Below the pieces are notes generated by a model that was not told where the DNA came from, searched no databases, and saw only the letters and a list, made by a program, of their open reading frames with translations. Shown here in pieces: positions 1-8,541 of a stretch of DNA of 64,000 nt. Made by a program: the position numbers and the translations under genes. The DNA is from an uncultured Pseudomonadota bacterium (GTDB lineage Bacteria; Babelota; Babeliae; Babelales; JAUPTZ01): NCBI GenBank assembly GCA_964429275.1, contig CAYSBJ010000001.1:451776-515775 (forward strand). The letters are read 5' to 3'. Positions within the stretch are counted from its first letter, which is position 1; every line of letters starts with the position of its first letter.

Positions 1-633
1 CTTTGCTTTGAGCGCGAGACTATTTTTGCTCAGGCGTTTTTTAACGAAGTAGGTGATTGTTCCGAGAAAGGCAATGCCAATAAAAAACAAGGCAAGTTGC
101 TCCTTGAGCGTCCCGGGATGGGATTCTTCATGTGCTGCTTGCTGCTGCGTTTGTAGTTGTTGTAGAGCCGTTAAAACTTGTTGTAATGTGACATCTTGTG
201 TGGCTGTTGGAAGGTTGCGGAGTGGCACGGCATGGTAGGCACTGGGAGGGGTAATAGTTAGGGGCGAGCTCTGCTCTTTTGTTTCGAGTGGAATGAGCTC
301 ATATTGATTGAGCAGTTCTTGCGCTCGTTCTTTTACCTGTTTTAATTGGTCTTGGAGTTGAGCAGTAACTAACTCTGTTGCGGCGTCAAGAGTGGTTCGA
401 TGAGGAATTGTGGCGCAATGTATGGAGTATTCTTTGATAGCTGTTTTATATATTTCGACATACGATAGCAATGGATTGCCGGCACCGTAGAGTGCGTACC
501 ATAAGCATTCAAGCTGGTAGCAATTGTAGGAAAGATCATTGATCTCATCCAATAGTTGTTCTGGTAAAGCAGCGCTCTGGGTGGTCAATGCAGCTAAAAA
601 AAGGCCGAATATAATCGGCATGAAGCGGGGCAT
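1..633 (-). CDS. Hypothetical exported/membrane protein, runs off the window edge (partial)
   Basis: Manual translation from ATG at 633 (AAGGAG upstream): MPRFMPIIFGLFLAALTTQSAA signal peptide, open to base 1, hydrophobic segment LALFFIGIAFLGTITYFV near the edge. Not in the ORF track because no stop lies in the window. Confidence 0.7.
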   Translation of the reverse strand, partial: MPRFMPIIFGLFLAALTTQSAALPEQLLDEINDLSYNCYQLECLWYALYGAGNPLLSYVEIYKTAIKEYSIHCATIPHRTTLDAATELVTAQLQDQLKQVKERAQELLNQYELIPLETKEQSSPLTITPPSAYHAVPLRNLPTATQDVTLQQVLTALQQLQTQQQAAHEESHPGTLKEQLALFFIGIAFLGTITYFVKKRLSKNSLALKAK

Positions 634-707
634 GCGGGGCTCCTTAGCGGAAGAGGAGCCGAAAGCTTGTTACGATTTGTGTAACGGTGTCAATGTTTTC
701 GTTTGGC

Positions 708-1487
708 CTATTTAATCGGGCTGTGTATCGGGTGCTCCTCTTTGCACGCGATCGAAACCCACAGCATGATATTGTCGGCGGTTAAAAGATTGGTTTCAGC
801 TGCGGTTGTTTGGTAGCTTTGTGTGGCATATGGTCGCAACCATTCATACAGTGCAAGATTGTGCTGAATCTTTGCTTTTAATTGAGCGACTATTTCATTT
901 ATGTCAGCGAGGTTTTTCTTGGAGAATATGCCCGTGACAACTTCAGGCAGTGTGTGGTTAGCATCGCCAGGGGAATAGCGTGCTAGTTGTCTGGCTGTTG
1001 TATGCGAGAGACCCTTGAAATGCTTGCTGAGCTGTTCAATGTATTCGCGTAACATGACTATGTATTCACCGCTCGTGGTGTTGAGTTTAAACGCCAGGTC
1101 GTCTACTACATCTTTCATAAGGCCAGAAGATTGTACGAGTCGGTAGAGATCATTGCATTCTTTTTGGGCCTCTATTGTTTCTTGGTTGTCTGGATCTTGA
1201 TGAGCTGCTATGCGACGCTTGAGCTGCTGTGTTTGTTGTAGTATGTATTGTATTGCGAGGTATGGGTTGGCGGTGAGCTTTTTTGCTGAAACATAGGGGG
1301 CACATGCAAGGGCCAAATTCCCTTGGTTTGTGTCATGAGCAAGGTTGTACAGCTTGGTTTTTATATTTTTAATACGTGTTATTTCCGGTGCTAAGTAGTT
1401 GCTTTTTGGCGCAGCAACATTAAGAACAGAAATTGCTGCGAAGATAGTAATAAAGAAGATGCGGAATGTGTTTGTGAGCGGTGTCAT
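708..1487 (-). CDS. Hypothetical protein with signal peptide
   Basis: 259-aa ORF, hydrophobic N-terminus, GGAG upstream; no recognised motif. Confidence 0.65.
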   Translation of the reverse strand: MTPLTNTFRIFFITIFAAISVLNVAAPKSNYLAPEITRIKNIKTKLYNLAHDTNQGNLALACAPYVSAKKLTANPYLAIQYILQQTQQLKRRIAAHQDPDNQETIEAQKECNDLYRLVQSSGLMKDVVDDLAFKLNTTSGEYIVMLREYIEQLSKHFKGLSHTTARQLARYSPGDANHTLPEVVTGIFSKKNLADINEIVAQLKAKIQHNLALYEWLRPYATQSYQTTAAETNLLTADNIMLWVSIACKEEHPIHSPIK

Positions 1488-1842
1488 GGGCAGTGTCTCC
1501 AGAGCTTTTTTATAGAATGAGCAACCTATTTAGTCATAGTATGCCTGATGATGTTTTATATATGTAACGGTTTATAGCATTCTGGGTTGTTTGGACTGCT
1601 AAAAAGCTACTTTTTGTTGACGCAGTGGGGCTTTTTTGTTCGTGTGATTGTGGAGTTCTCAGCTACGGGTTCCTTATGGTTTTTCCTATCCCTTATATAC
1701 GCTTCGCGGCCTGGAAAGACCCATAGGGCTTAGATAGCGGATGCTTTGTCATCAATTGAAGAATTAGAGAGCGAATTAGCCGAGGGCCCGGTTGGTGAAT
1801 GACCCTTTTGGGAGTGCGAGATTGGTTTATGCGATTCGGCAG

Positions 1843-1871
1843 TTGACTTATGGGCGGTTTATAGTTACATT
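1843..1871 (+). promoter_or_regulatory. Sigma70-type promoter of tRNA-Phe
   Basis: TTGACT-N17-TACATT ending 15 nt before the tRNA. Confidence 0.6.
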
Positions 1872-1885
1872 GCCACCTCGTTTTT

Positions 1886-1961
<76 letters not shown>

Positions 1962-2312
1962 GCTTTCGCCTTTGCGGCGTTATTGCTTGCTTGTAGTTAG
2001 CAAAGACAGCCTTCGGCGTAGTAAAGCCTTCAAAAACATCAAAATCCGTAATATTTAGTTGCCATTAACGCACCGTAACTCTCTAGGGAGCGGCGAAGCG
2101 AGTGTGACGCCATAGTCACCGCCAAGGGCGCGGCGAATTGGCAGGCGAGTTTTTAGGGTCGTGTTGGCAAGGTATCAAAAATTTATAACACTGTAGTAGT
2201 CGCTGCGCGAGCGCTCACGATTAAATTTAGTGTGGCAACTACGAGCAGCGCGAAGTAGCTGCCGCAAAAAAAAGCGAAAGGCGTCATTGCGAGGAGCATG
2301 GCGACGAAGCAA

Positions 2313-3638
2313 ATGTTTGATTTCATTTCACGCAAAATATCATCTATTTTTTCCTGGGTCCGCGGAAGTGGCAAGGTTACTCAGCAGGAGCTTGACAAGC
2401 TTTACGTTCAGCTTGAGGAAGCGTTTCTTGAGGCAGACGTGCCGTATGAAGTAGCCTCGTCTTTTTTGGGCGATCTTAAAAAAAGTATTGATGTGGCAGC
2501 ATTTGCCAAAACGGCCAATCCAGGCAGTGCGCTGATTAAGCAAGTACACCAGCGGCTGTTAACGCTGTTGTCTGGCCCTGCTGGAAGCAACGAGGTGCCG
2601 AGTTTTGTTATCCCATCAACGATTTTGTTTCTTGGCCTTCAGGGGGCAGGCAAGACAACGACGCTGGCAAAGTTGGCTCGTTATCTGAAGAACCAAGCAA
2701 AAAAGCGTGGCAAAGAGCGAAAAATTCTCTGTGCCTCAGTTGATTATTATCGTCCTGCAGCGCGTGAGCAGCTTAAAGTGCTGGCACAGCAGGTGGGTAT
2801 TGACTACTTTGAAGCGGTGAGCGAAAGCCCGACTAAGGCGGCGGCAGAGATTGCGGCGTATGCCAAAGCTAAGGGATATGAGCATCTTTTATTGGACACT
2901 GCCGGTCGGCTTCATATCAGTGACGATATGATTGAAGAATTGCGTCTTGTGGCGAAAGCGGTTGATCCTAAATATAAAATTTTGGTTCTTGACGGTATGA
3001 CTGGTCAGGAATCCCTTGCTGTCGCTCGGGCCTTTAATACGGCCGTTGGGTTTGACGGAGCCGTTATGAGTAAGTGCGATAGTGATGCTCGTGGTGGTGC
3101 GGCCTTGGCTTTTCGCGCAGTGCTTTCCAAGCCAATTTGGTTTGTCGGTATCGGGGAAAAGCTTGATGATCTTGAGGGTTTTGTTCCTGAGCGCATGGTT
3201 TCTCGGCTTATTGGTATGGGTGACCTAGCAACTTTATTGGAAAAGGCTGACGAGGTAATTGACCGTGAAGAGCAATCGCGGGTTGCCAACCGAATGATGG
3301 GGGGTGACTTTACGTTACAAGATTTTCTTGAACAAATTGATATGGTTAATAAAGTGGGGGCGTTACAAACCCTTGCTCGTTATCTTCCTGGGGTTTCTCA
3401 GTTTTCACCACAAATGGTTGAGAAGGGCCAGCAGGAGATGAAAAAGTTCAAAGCTATTATCTCGTCGATGACCGTTAAGGAGCGGATGGTGCCGGCTATT
3501 CTAAATGGCTCACGCCGCAAAAGGATCGCGTCAGGAGCTGGAGTTTCGGTCCCAGATGTAAATCAACTGATAGAAAAATTTGAACAAAGTAAGCAATTTG
3601 TTAAAATGATGAAGAAGTCCGGCGCTTGGCGTCGATAA
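2313..3638 (+). CDS. ffh: Signal recognition particle protein Ffh
   Basis: GLQGAGKTTT, DYYRPAAREQL, DTAGR, D-ARGGAAL, RLIGMGD and M-domain SRRKRIASGAG. Start is MFD at 2313 or the ATG at 2298. Confidence 0.97.
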   Translation: MFDFISRKISSIFSWVRGSGKVTQQELDKLYVQLEEAFLEADVPYEVASSFLGDLKKSIDVAAFAKTANPGSALIKQVHQRLLTLLSGPAGSNEVPSFVIPSTILFLGLQGAGKTTTLAKLARYLKNQAKKRGKERKILCASVDYYRPAAREQLKVLAQQVGIDYFEAVSESPTKAAAEIAAYAKAKGYEHLLLDTAGRLHISDDMIEELRLVAKAVDPKYKILVLDGMTGQESLAVARAFNTAVGFDGAVMSKCDSDARGGAALAFRAVLSKPIWFVGIGEKLDDLEGFVPERMVSRLIGMGDLATLLEKADEVIDREEQSRVANRMMGGDFTLQDFLEQIDMVNKVGALQTLARYLPGVSQFSPQMVEKGQQEMKKFKAIISSMTVKERMVPAILNGSRRKRIASGAGVSVPDVNQLIEKFEQSKQFVKMMKKSGAWRR

Positions 3639-3701
3639 AGGCTTGTATCATCTTGATAGTGAGTTTCAGTTTAATTTCGACAAACAAAGGTAAAGTGGCT
3701 T

Positions 3702-4034
3702 ATGGCAGTTAGAATTCGCTTGAGTCGAGCAGGACGTACTAATCGTCCGTATTGGCGTATCGTGGCAATAGATTCTCGTAAGAAACGCGATGGCGCGTGT
3801 CTTGATCGATTGGGTACTTATGACCCGATTTTGCATCAAATCGTTACTATCAACGAAGCTGGCATCCAGGAATGGATGGCTAAGGGAGCTCTGTGCAGCC
3901 CAGCCGTTACTAAGCTGGTGAAAAAACATTCAGCAACTGCTGGCAAAATAACTGAATCTGCGGTAGAAGAAGTACCAAAGGCAACGGCGAAACGTCCGCG
4001 CTCTTCTGCAGCAGCTGCTAAAGCTACTGCGTAA
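3702..4034 (+). CDS. rpsP: 30S ribosomal protein S16 with Ala/Lys-rich C-terminal extension
   Basis: MAVRIRLSRAG...PYWRIVAIDSRKKRDG...LGTYDP; follows ffh. Confidence 0.96.
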   Translation: MAVRIRLSRAGRTNRPYWRIVAIDSRKKRDGACLDRLGTYDPILHQIVTINEAGIQEWMAKGALCSPAVTKLVKKHSATAGKITESAVEEVPKATAKRPRSSAAAAKATA

Positions 4035-4140
4035 ACGCGAAAGCGCCGACCAGTAGATCCCACACAGCAGTTGTATGCGCCCAAAATCACACAGAGAGTA
4101 GTGCGCAGGTCGTTAGCAGAGATAATGAAGGAGATGAGCC

Positions 4141-4374
4141 ATGTTAAAAGATCTCGTGGAGCACATAGTAAAGAGACTAGTTGATAAGCCAGAAGCGGTA
4201 CAAGTATCAGAAATTAGTGGTGAGCAGGCGACAATTATCGAACTGCGCGTTGCGAGCGAAGATCTTGGAAAAGTGATTGGTAAAGAAGGTAGAACCGCTC
4301 GATCAATCAGAACATTGGTTCATGCGGCAGCCACTAAAGAAAAAAAACGCGCAGTACTCGAGATCTTAGAGTAG
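4141..4374 (+). CDS. khpA: KH-domain RNA-binding protein (KhpA/YlqC)
   Basis: [28 protein letters not shown]; canonical position after rpsP. Confidence 0.93.
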   Translation: MLKDLVEHIVKRLVDKPEAVQVSEISGEQATIIELRVASEDLGKVIGKEGRTARSIRTLVHAAATKEKKRAVLEILE

Positions 4375-4414
4375 TGTACGCTCTGTGCGGTAAACTCGTA
4401 CAAAGTATTTGCAA

Positions 4415-4451
4415 AAAAGAGTCCTCTTGTAAAAAAGAGGGCTCTTTTCTT
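4415..4451 (+). terminator. Intrinsic terminator-like hairpin between khpA and trmD
   Basis: AAGAGTCCTCTT / AAGAGGGCTCTT stem followed by TTCTT. Confidence 0.5.
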
Positions 4452-4467
4452 ATTAAGGAAGAAAATT

Positions 4468-5823
4468 ATGACTCAGCCTCGGTGCATTATCACTATCGTG
4501 ACCGTTTTTCCAGAATTGTTTGAAAACTGGCTAAAGACTAGCCTTATTGGGCGCGCTCAGGAATCTGCGCTTTTGTCGGTTAATTGCCTGCGCTTGTCTG
4601 ACTATGTGGCACCTAAGCAGCGTATTGACACCCCTATGTGTGGGCCTGGGGCTGGCATGGTCCTTAAAGCGCCGGTAGTAGCGGCAGCAATTGATGATGC
4701 ATTTGCCCGGCACGGTCGTGGAAGAGTTATATTTTTTACGCCGTCAGGGCAGCTTTTAACGCAACGTTCTTGCCAGACTATGGCAGCTGCGTATTTTGGG
4801 GAAGCGGTAATGGCTGACAGTGCTTCGTCATCTATTCACCTTGTATTGGTTTGTGGCCGCTATGAAGGGGTAGATTGCCGTGTTATAGAGCACTACAATG
4901 GCATTGAGGTAAGTATTGGGAATTATGTGTTAATGGGAGGCGATCTCCCAGCTCAGGTTTTTCTTGAAGGATTGTTGCGCTATTTACCGGGTATCGTTGG
5001 AGATGCACAGTCGGTGGAGCATGACTCTTTTACTGGGCCGCTTGTTGATTTCCCGGCCTATGGTCAGCCAAATGAGTGGGGCGGCAAGTCCGTCCCGTCA
5101 GTATTGCTTAGTGGCGATCACGCGCGCATTGAGCAGTGGCGGACTGATACTGCGCTAACTCGCACAGTACAAGAGCATTTTTCTTGGCTGCGTACGAGTG
5201 CACTGTCTTCTGCTTTGCGGCAAGCGGTAGCAAAGAAAATACCGGCACATTATGTTGTTTTAATGCATGATCAGGTTCTTATCGGGCGTAAAGATCCAGT
5301 TCCCGGCACAACATCAGTGACAACCATAGACGTACACGATATTGCCCGTACTAGCGCAACGTATGGGGTTAAAAAGTTTTATGTGGTGACGCCTCTCCAT
5401 GACCAAAAAGAACTGTTGCGCGTCTTTTTTGAGTTTTGGCATACCGATCAGGGTCGTAATTACAACGAAAATCGCTTTGATGCCATGAAGTGTGTTCAGG
5501 TAGTCAATAGCCTTGCCGAGGCTGAAGCCGATATAGCGGCGCAGCATGATGGCAAGAAAGCACTTAAAATTGCTACTTCTGCTCGTCCCGTCCAGGGAGT
5601 GCGTTCGCTTGCCTTTGACGAGCAATCAGTTGCCTGGCAGAGTGAGCGCCCGATCACGTTGCTTTTCGGTACCGGCCAGGGGATGACGCAGGAGCTTTTA
5701 GAGACCTGTGATTTTGTTTTGACCCCGATTCATGGTTTTTCAGCCTACAATCACTTATCAGTCCGTGCCGCTGTAGCAATTATTCTTGATCGCTGGCTTG
5801 GTTATTTTGAACCGAGCCAATAA
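4468..5823 (+). CDS. trmD: tRNA (guanine-N1)-methyltransferase TrmD fused to a C-terminal SPOUT RNA methyltransferase domain
   Basis: TVFPE, GPGAGMVL, VCGRYEGVDCRV, SIGNYVLMGG, VLLSGDH. The C-terminal ~190 aa has TTIDVHDIART, LLFGTGQG, YNHLSVRAAVAIILDR (DUF2168/Methyltrn_RNA_4-type). Confidence 0.93.
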   Translation: MTQPRCIITIVTVFPELFENWLKTSLIGRAQESALLSVNCLRLSDYVAPKQRIDTPMCGPGAGMVLKAPVVAAAIDDAFARHGRGRVIFFTPSGQLLTQRSCQTMAAAYFGEAVMADSASSSIHLVLVCGRYEGVDCRVIEHYNGIEVSIGNYVLMGGDLPAQVFLEGLLRYLPGIVGDAQSVEHDSFTGPLVDFPAYGQPNEWGGKSVPSVLLSGDHARIEQWRTDTALTRTVQEHFSWLRTSALSSALRQAVAKKIPAHYVVLMHDQVLIGRKDPVPGTTSVTTIDVHDIARTSATYGVKKFYVVTPLHDQKELLRVFFEFWHTDQGRNYNENRFDAMKCVQVVNSLAEAEADIAAQHDGKKALKIATSARPVQGVRSLAFDEQSVAWQSERPITLLFGTGQGMTQELLETCDFVLTPIHGFSAYNHLSVRAAVAIILDRWLGYFEPSQ

Positions 5824-5956
5824 TCTCTGTTTTGGGACTCCATATTTCTTTGGTCTCCCCGTCAGGGACGCAACTGTCCGTCACTACCTCCATCGGTATA
5901 GCTTCGTGGAGTGATAGTATGGCGAACCAGATGGTCCCTCGACCGAGTGTTGGTAC

Positions 5957-6829
5957 TTATTCGAATTGGCGGGCAGCCTCTAATTCATGCTCTAGCTTTT
6001 GTATGAGGTTTAAAATATCAAGGTCTTTTGATTTTCTCCAAGTTAAGCAATTTTTAGTGAAAAATGAGAATTCTTTATTCCTAATTTTTAGTTCTAAAGC
6101 AAGGGAGTTATATCCTATTAGGAGGTGCGCTAAGTAAGTAGTGTTGCCATTCGGCTCGGTTGCACGGATACGGTTGTAAAGTTCAATCCTATTTTTGCCA
6201 GACTTTGGCAGTGGGTGCTCTGTGCTGAGGCTATAGATAGTTCCCTTTACAGATAGGAAGCATGACTCTTTTTCAAGTAATCTTTTTATATGGATCAAAA
6301 TAGCATTCGTAAGAAAGAAATTTTGGTACTCAATGATGACAATAATTTCTCCTTTCAACACATTTTTTGTTTCGGGGATAGGATTGATGGTGCCATCGCG
6401 ATTGATTCGATAGCAGATTTTTATATTGTTTTTTGCCTCATCTGTGTGCATGAAATACAATCGGCCTGATAAGTCAGATACTAAATATACGGGCTTATCG
6501 AAGTTGTTAAATAGGACTGCCCGCTTGTTTTTGTCGCGACTGTTTATTTGATCTGGTTTGAGGTATTCCGGCAGTTCATGGAATTCCTTTATGTCGATAT
6601 TGATATAGGGGGCGCATCTGAAGAATCTTGCATCCTTGTTAGTAGTGGTTGCAAATCCTTTGTGTGTTGGGGTGGCTGTTGTTGGTCGCGGGAGTTCTCT
6701 TGCGTGGTTCATTAGAGCATGGGGGACGCCAAAGGGATGTTCTTCTTCAGCTGCCTGGAGATTTGGTGTTCCGAGTGTAATAATAGCGACGTAAAAAGCT
6801 GTGTTTAGAGAGAGCGACATATTCTTCAT
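5957..6829 (-). CDS. Exported hypothetical protein, paralog array member
   Basis: Likely start MKNMSLSL at 6829 (AAGGA upstream); colinear similarity to 7442..8305. Confidence 0.8.
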   Translation of the reverse strand: MKNMSLSLNTAFYVAIITLGTPNLQAAEEEHPFGVPHALMNHARELPRPTTATPTHKGFATTTNKDARFFRCAPYINIDIKEFHELPEYLKPDQINSRDKNKRAVLFNNFDKPVYLVSDLSGRLYFMHTDEAKNNIKICYRINRDGTINPIPETKNVLKGEIIVIIEYQNFFLTNAILIHIKRLLEKESCFLSVKGTIYSLSTEHPLPKSGKNRIELYNRIRATEPNGNTTYLAHLLIGYNSLALELKIRNKEFSFFTKNCLTWRKSKDLDILNLIQKLEHELEAARQFE

Positions 6830-6884
6830 AGATAGTTGTTCCTTTTGGCTTGAAAGTAAATGTAACGGTGATGATTGGTGTGGT

Positions 6885-7316
6885 TTATCCACGGCCTGCT
6901 ATAAGTCTTTTTCCTAATGGATTTTCTAATGCTCTAAGGAGAGTTTCGTTTTGTGATACTATTTTGGTTAAAAGTTTAAAGAATATCTTTTCTTTTGTAT
7001 AAAAAGCGATGTCTTCAACCTTGAGTTTTTTTCTCAAAGTTGAGAGATGAATAGCTAACAAATCATGCAGAGAGAATTTGTTGCCCGTTTTGAGTTCGAT
7101 AGCCATGATCGATCTATCGTCTTTAGTACTTAATTTTAAGGAATATTCTGTCTCTTCTATGCAAAATATCCATGGTGAATTAGATGCAACGCCATGCCAA
7201 ACGTGGTTGAGCAGCGGTCTCAAAAACGTTTCAGGGGTGTCTGAGGCATACGCAAAATGCGCAGTAGTTATAAGGCTAAAAAGTAGGGCGATAAAAAAAG
7301 AATGTATGTTTCTCAT
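6885..7316 (-). CDS. Exported hypothetical protein, short member of paralog array
   Basis: Likely start MRNIHSFFIALLFSLITTAHFAYA at 7316; shares C-terminal domain motifs with neighbours. Confidence 0.7.
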   Translation of the reverse strand: MRNIHSFFIALLFSLITTAHFAYASDTPETFLRPLLNHVWHGVASNSPWIFCIEETEYSLKLSTKDDRSIMAIELKTGNKFSLHDLLAIHLSTLRKKLKVEDIAFYTKEKIFFKLLTKIVSQNETLLRALENPLGKRLIAGRG

Positions 7317-7441
7317 GCTGTTTTGTGTTTCCATTAAAAAGTGATTTGACGGCGTGGGATTTGAATTTTGATATGTACGGCTGCCGGCCATCATGGTGTG
7401 GTAGTGGTCTTCGATGGCCGGAGCTGTAAATTTATAGACGT

Positions 7442-8305
7442 TTAGTTTTCTTGATTGGCCTCTGCTGCGTTGTATATGAGGGTCAAAAGAGCGGCGTTTT
7501 TTGATTGCCTCCATCCCATGCACCCGAGCGTGTAGAAATCAATGACTTTTGATTCAAGCTTATTTTCTAGTTTCTTTCCCTGCGCGAGAAGGATATGTGC
7601 TAAATAAGTATCCGGCTTGCGATCGCCACTGACAAAAGTTGCTATAATAGGATTATCTTTATGGGTAGTCTTTTCTCCTTGCTTAGGAAGGGCGTGCTTT
7701 GTATCGAGACGGTATGTAGTGTCACTTGCTTTTAGGAAGCATGGTGCTTTGCGAAGCAAATTTTTTATATGCAGTGAAATGAGGTGCACGATCAAGAAGT
7801 CTTTGTGTCCATCGATGTTGCAAAGATATTCATCGAGCTTGCGTTGGTCTTTCGTTTGCTGCGAGCGGCTAATGGTGCCAGATGGTTTGATCGCGTAGCA
7901 TGTTGCCGTGAAGCCGAAATCAATTACTTCGCGTAAGTACAAGTTTCCGTGCCAATCATGGGCGAAGATTAGTGGTTCTTCGCGGGGAAATCGAAAACCG
8001 TACCTACGACTTATCTCATTTATTTGGTTTGGACGCAGGTATTTCGGTAATTCAGAAAATTCCTTGTCATTGTTGATGTATTCGTTGTGAGGAACCGAGA
8101 GTTCTTCCATCCCCACTGTTGTGGCAAATCCTTCGAGCTTTGGGGTGTCGGCTTCATATTGAGAGGATCCTGTTGCATGGTTGTGAATAGCGTACAGGAT
8201 GCTGAATGGATGTTCGCCGCTATCAGCTGCGCGGAGAGTTGGTGTTCCGAGGGTGATAATGACGCCAAAAAATACGGCGCTTAGTGAAAGTAAGGCATTC
8301 TTCAT
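7442..8305 (-). CDS. Exported hypothetical protein, paralog array member
   Basis: MKNALLSL...IITLGTPTLRAA, EHPF, GFATT, KEFSELPKYLRPNQIN, YLAHILL shared with 5957..6829. Confidence 0.8.
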   Translation of the reverse strand: MKNALLSLSAVFFGVIITLGTPTLRAADSGEHPFSILYAIHNHATGSSQYEADTPKLEGFATTVGMEELSVPHNEYINNDKEFSELPKYLRPNQINEISRRYGFRFPREEPLIFAHDWHGNLYLREVIDFGFTATCYAIKPSGTISRSQQTKDQRKLDEYLCNIDGHKDFLIVHLISLHIKNLLRKAPCFLKASDTTYRLDTKHALPKQGEKTTHKDNPIIATFVSGDRKPDTYLAHILLAQGKKLENKLESKVIDFYTLGCMGWRQSKNAALLTLIYNAAEANQEN

Positions 8306-8391
8306 AGATAGTTGTTCCTCATTAATAAAATAAATGATTGTGTATGTTGTTAAAGTTAAGTGAGTTCATAATGCAGTAGGAAGCGTTAGCT

Positions 8392-8480
8392 GCTATCCGC
8401 GGCTGTACCTTTGGTGCTAAGGCGTGACACCCCGAAGCATCGACGGCGGTTGCGAGCGTAGGGCGGCAATCGAGGGTAGC
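8392..8480. repeat. Degenerate palindromic repeat element related to 56889..57024
   Basis: 8417-8451 matches 56964-56998 at 28/35; 8450-8471 matches 56894-56915 at 20/22. Confidence 0.7.
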
Positions 8481-8541
8481 TTTGCTCCCAGACCTGTGGC
8501 TTCTGAGACATTTTTTTAATAATTAATATCTCGTTTGATAG

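Noticed and set aside
1962..2281. SRP RNA next to ffh
   Set aside because: The helix-8 signature (CAGG...GNRA...AGCA) was not found by eye; kept only as an unassigned structure
8396..8470. TPP riboswitch (GCGTAGGG and ACACCC resemble the consensus)
   Set aside because: Lacks CTGAGA and CCTGAT, faces away from the adjacent genes, and is better explained as a repeat copy
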